Shown here piece by piece: positions 63,480-64,000 of a stretch of DNA of 64,000 nucleotides (position 1 is its first letter; each line of letters begins with the position of its first letter). Location of the stretch: sequence record MT446413.1; one strand, given 5' to 3'. The position numbers and the translations under genes are program-made. The notes under the pieces are model-generated. The model searched no databases, was not told where the DNA came from, and saw only the letters and a list, made by a program, of their open reading frames with translations. Source of the stretch: Escherichia virus TH42.

Positions 63480-63819
63480 TAGGAGTCTCTCCTTCTAAAT
63501 TGGTTGAATTGGCTACGTTACGAGCAATGTTGTCCATGACCTGCTGGGTAATAACAATGCAATTCTGTGGGTCTACAGACTTAGAACGCCCCATTTCAGG
63601 GTCATAGACTTTGACTCGCTTGGCTGTTGAGCCAGTAACTTGCAACACTTTGAGAAGATAACCTTGATTTCCAATAGACCATGCAACAACATCACGATTC
63701 TTGATATAACGACCAAGCATATCACGATGATAGAACTGCTGCATAACTTTAGCTTTGCTAATCTCTTCAGATGGCGGGGCCACTTTACTCAAATCTAACA
63801 TAACTCTCTCCTGTTTCAT
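63472..63819 (-). CDS. hypothetical protein (115 aa)
   Basis: Track ORF; 8-nt overlap with downstream gene. Confidence 0.5.
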   Translation of the reverse strand: MKQERVMLDLSKVAPPSEEISKAKVMQQFYHRDMLGRYIKNRDVVAWSIGNQGYLLKVLQVTGSTAKRVKVYDPEMGRSKSVDPQNCIVITQQVMDNIARNVANSTNLEGETPNA

Positions 63820-63871
63820 ACAATATTCTTATACTGTATATACATTTGAGAGTTATCATATCTACTACCAA

Positions 63872-64000
63872 CTAGTAATAAACCTTGCTGGATATGAATC
63901 CAGCACTGTTCTGGATATTTTCAATCCAACGATGAATCTCCACCTTTTCAGCGATTCCTAAAGCTTTTGTAGCTTTTATAGTTTTCTTAGCAAGACGAGC
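63872..64000 (-). CDS. hypothetical protein, 5' end outside window
   Basis: Minus-strand frame open from window edge (ARLAKKTIKATKALGIAEKVEIHRWIENIQNSAGFISSKVYY) to stop at 63872-63874. Confidence 0.3.
   Translation of the reverse strand, partial: ARLAKKTIKATKALGIAEKVEIHRWIENIQNSAGFISSKVYY

Overview
This window reads as a tailed-phage genome segment with three transcriptional blocks and no sign of host chromosomal genes or a lysogeny module. All annotation is by eye from the sequence and the six-frame track; no database search or folding program was run. Block 1 (1-16285, minus strand) holds many small early-type genes, several paralogous small-protein families, a SleB-like cell-wall hydrolase, a cluster of tRNA-like elements (5787-6043) and a 2.3-kb ORF-poor stretch (about 12420-14690) carrying six same-orientation copies of a TTTAAAGAGC-type motif. 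A divergent switch region (16290-17530) is packed with GGGTAG-type iterons. Block 2 (17234-47628, plus strand) is the morphogenesis module: putative small terminase, large terminase, portal, scaffold, major capsid protein with a -1 frameshift into an Ig-like extension, tail fibres (one with a C-terminal intramolecular-chaperone domain), a GH24 lysozyme, a lytic-transglycosylase protein, Q/N-rich proteins and a 1472-aa protein. Block 3 (47787-64000, minus strand) is the replication and nucleotide-metabolism module: 5'-3' exonuclease, P-loop kinase, ECF-like sigma factor, overlapped spanin pair, SSB-like protein, metallophosphatase, HAD-like phosphatase, family A DNA polymerase, two HNH endonucleases, PhoH, ThyX, a thioredoxin-like protein and a Dps-like protein. 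Rho-independent terminator hairpins punctuate all three blocks. The phage-encoded sigma factor, the Arg(UCU)-type anticodon loop in the tRNA-like element and the overall layout are compatible with a phiEco32-like podophage, but that is a low-confidence inference from memory. The most unexplained features are the ORF-poor motif region, the tRNA-like cluster and the iteron array. Note that some track ORFs begin at non-ATG codons; several starts were moved to an internal ATG with a ribosome-binding site.
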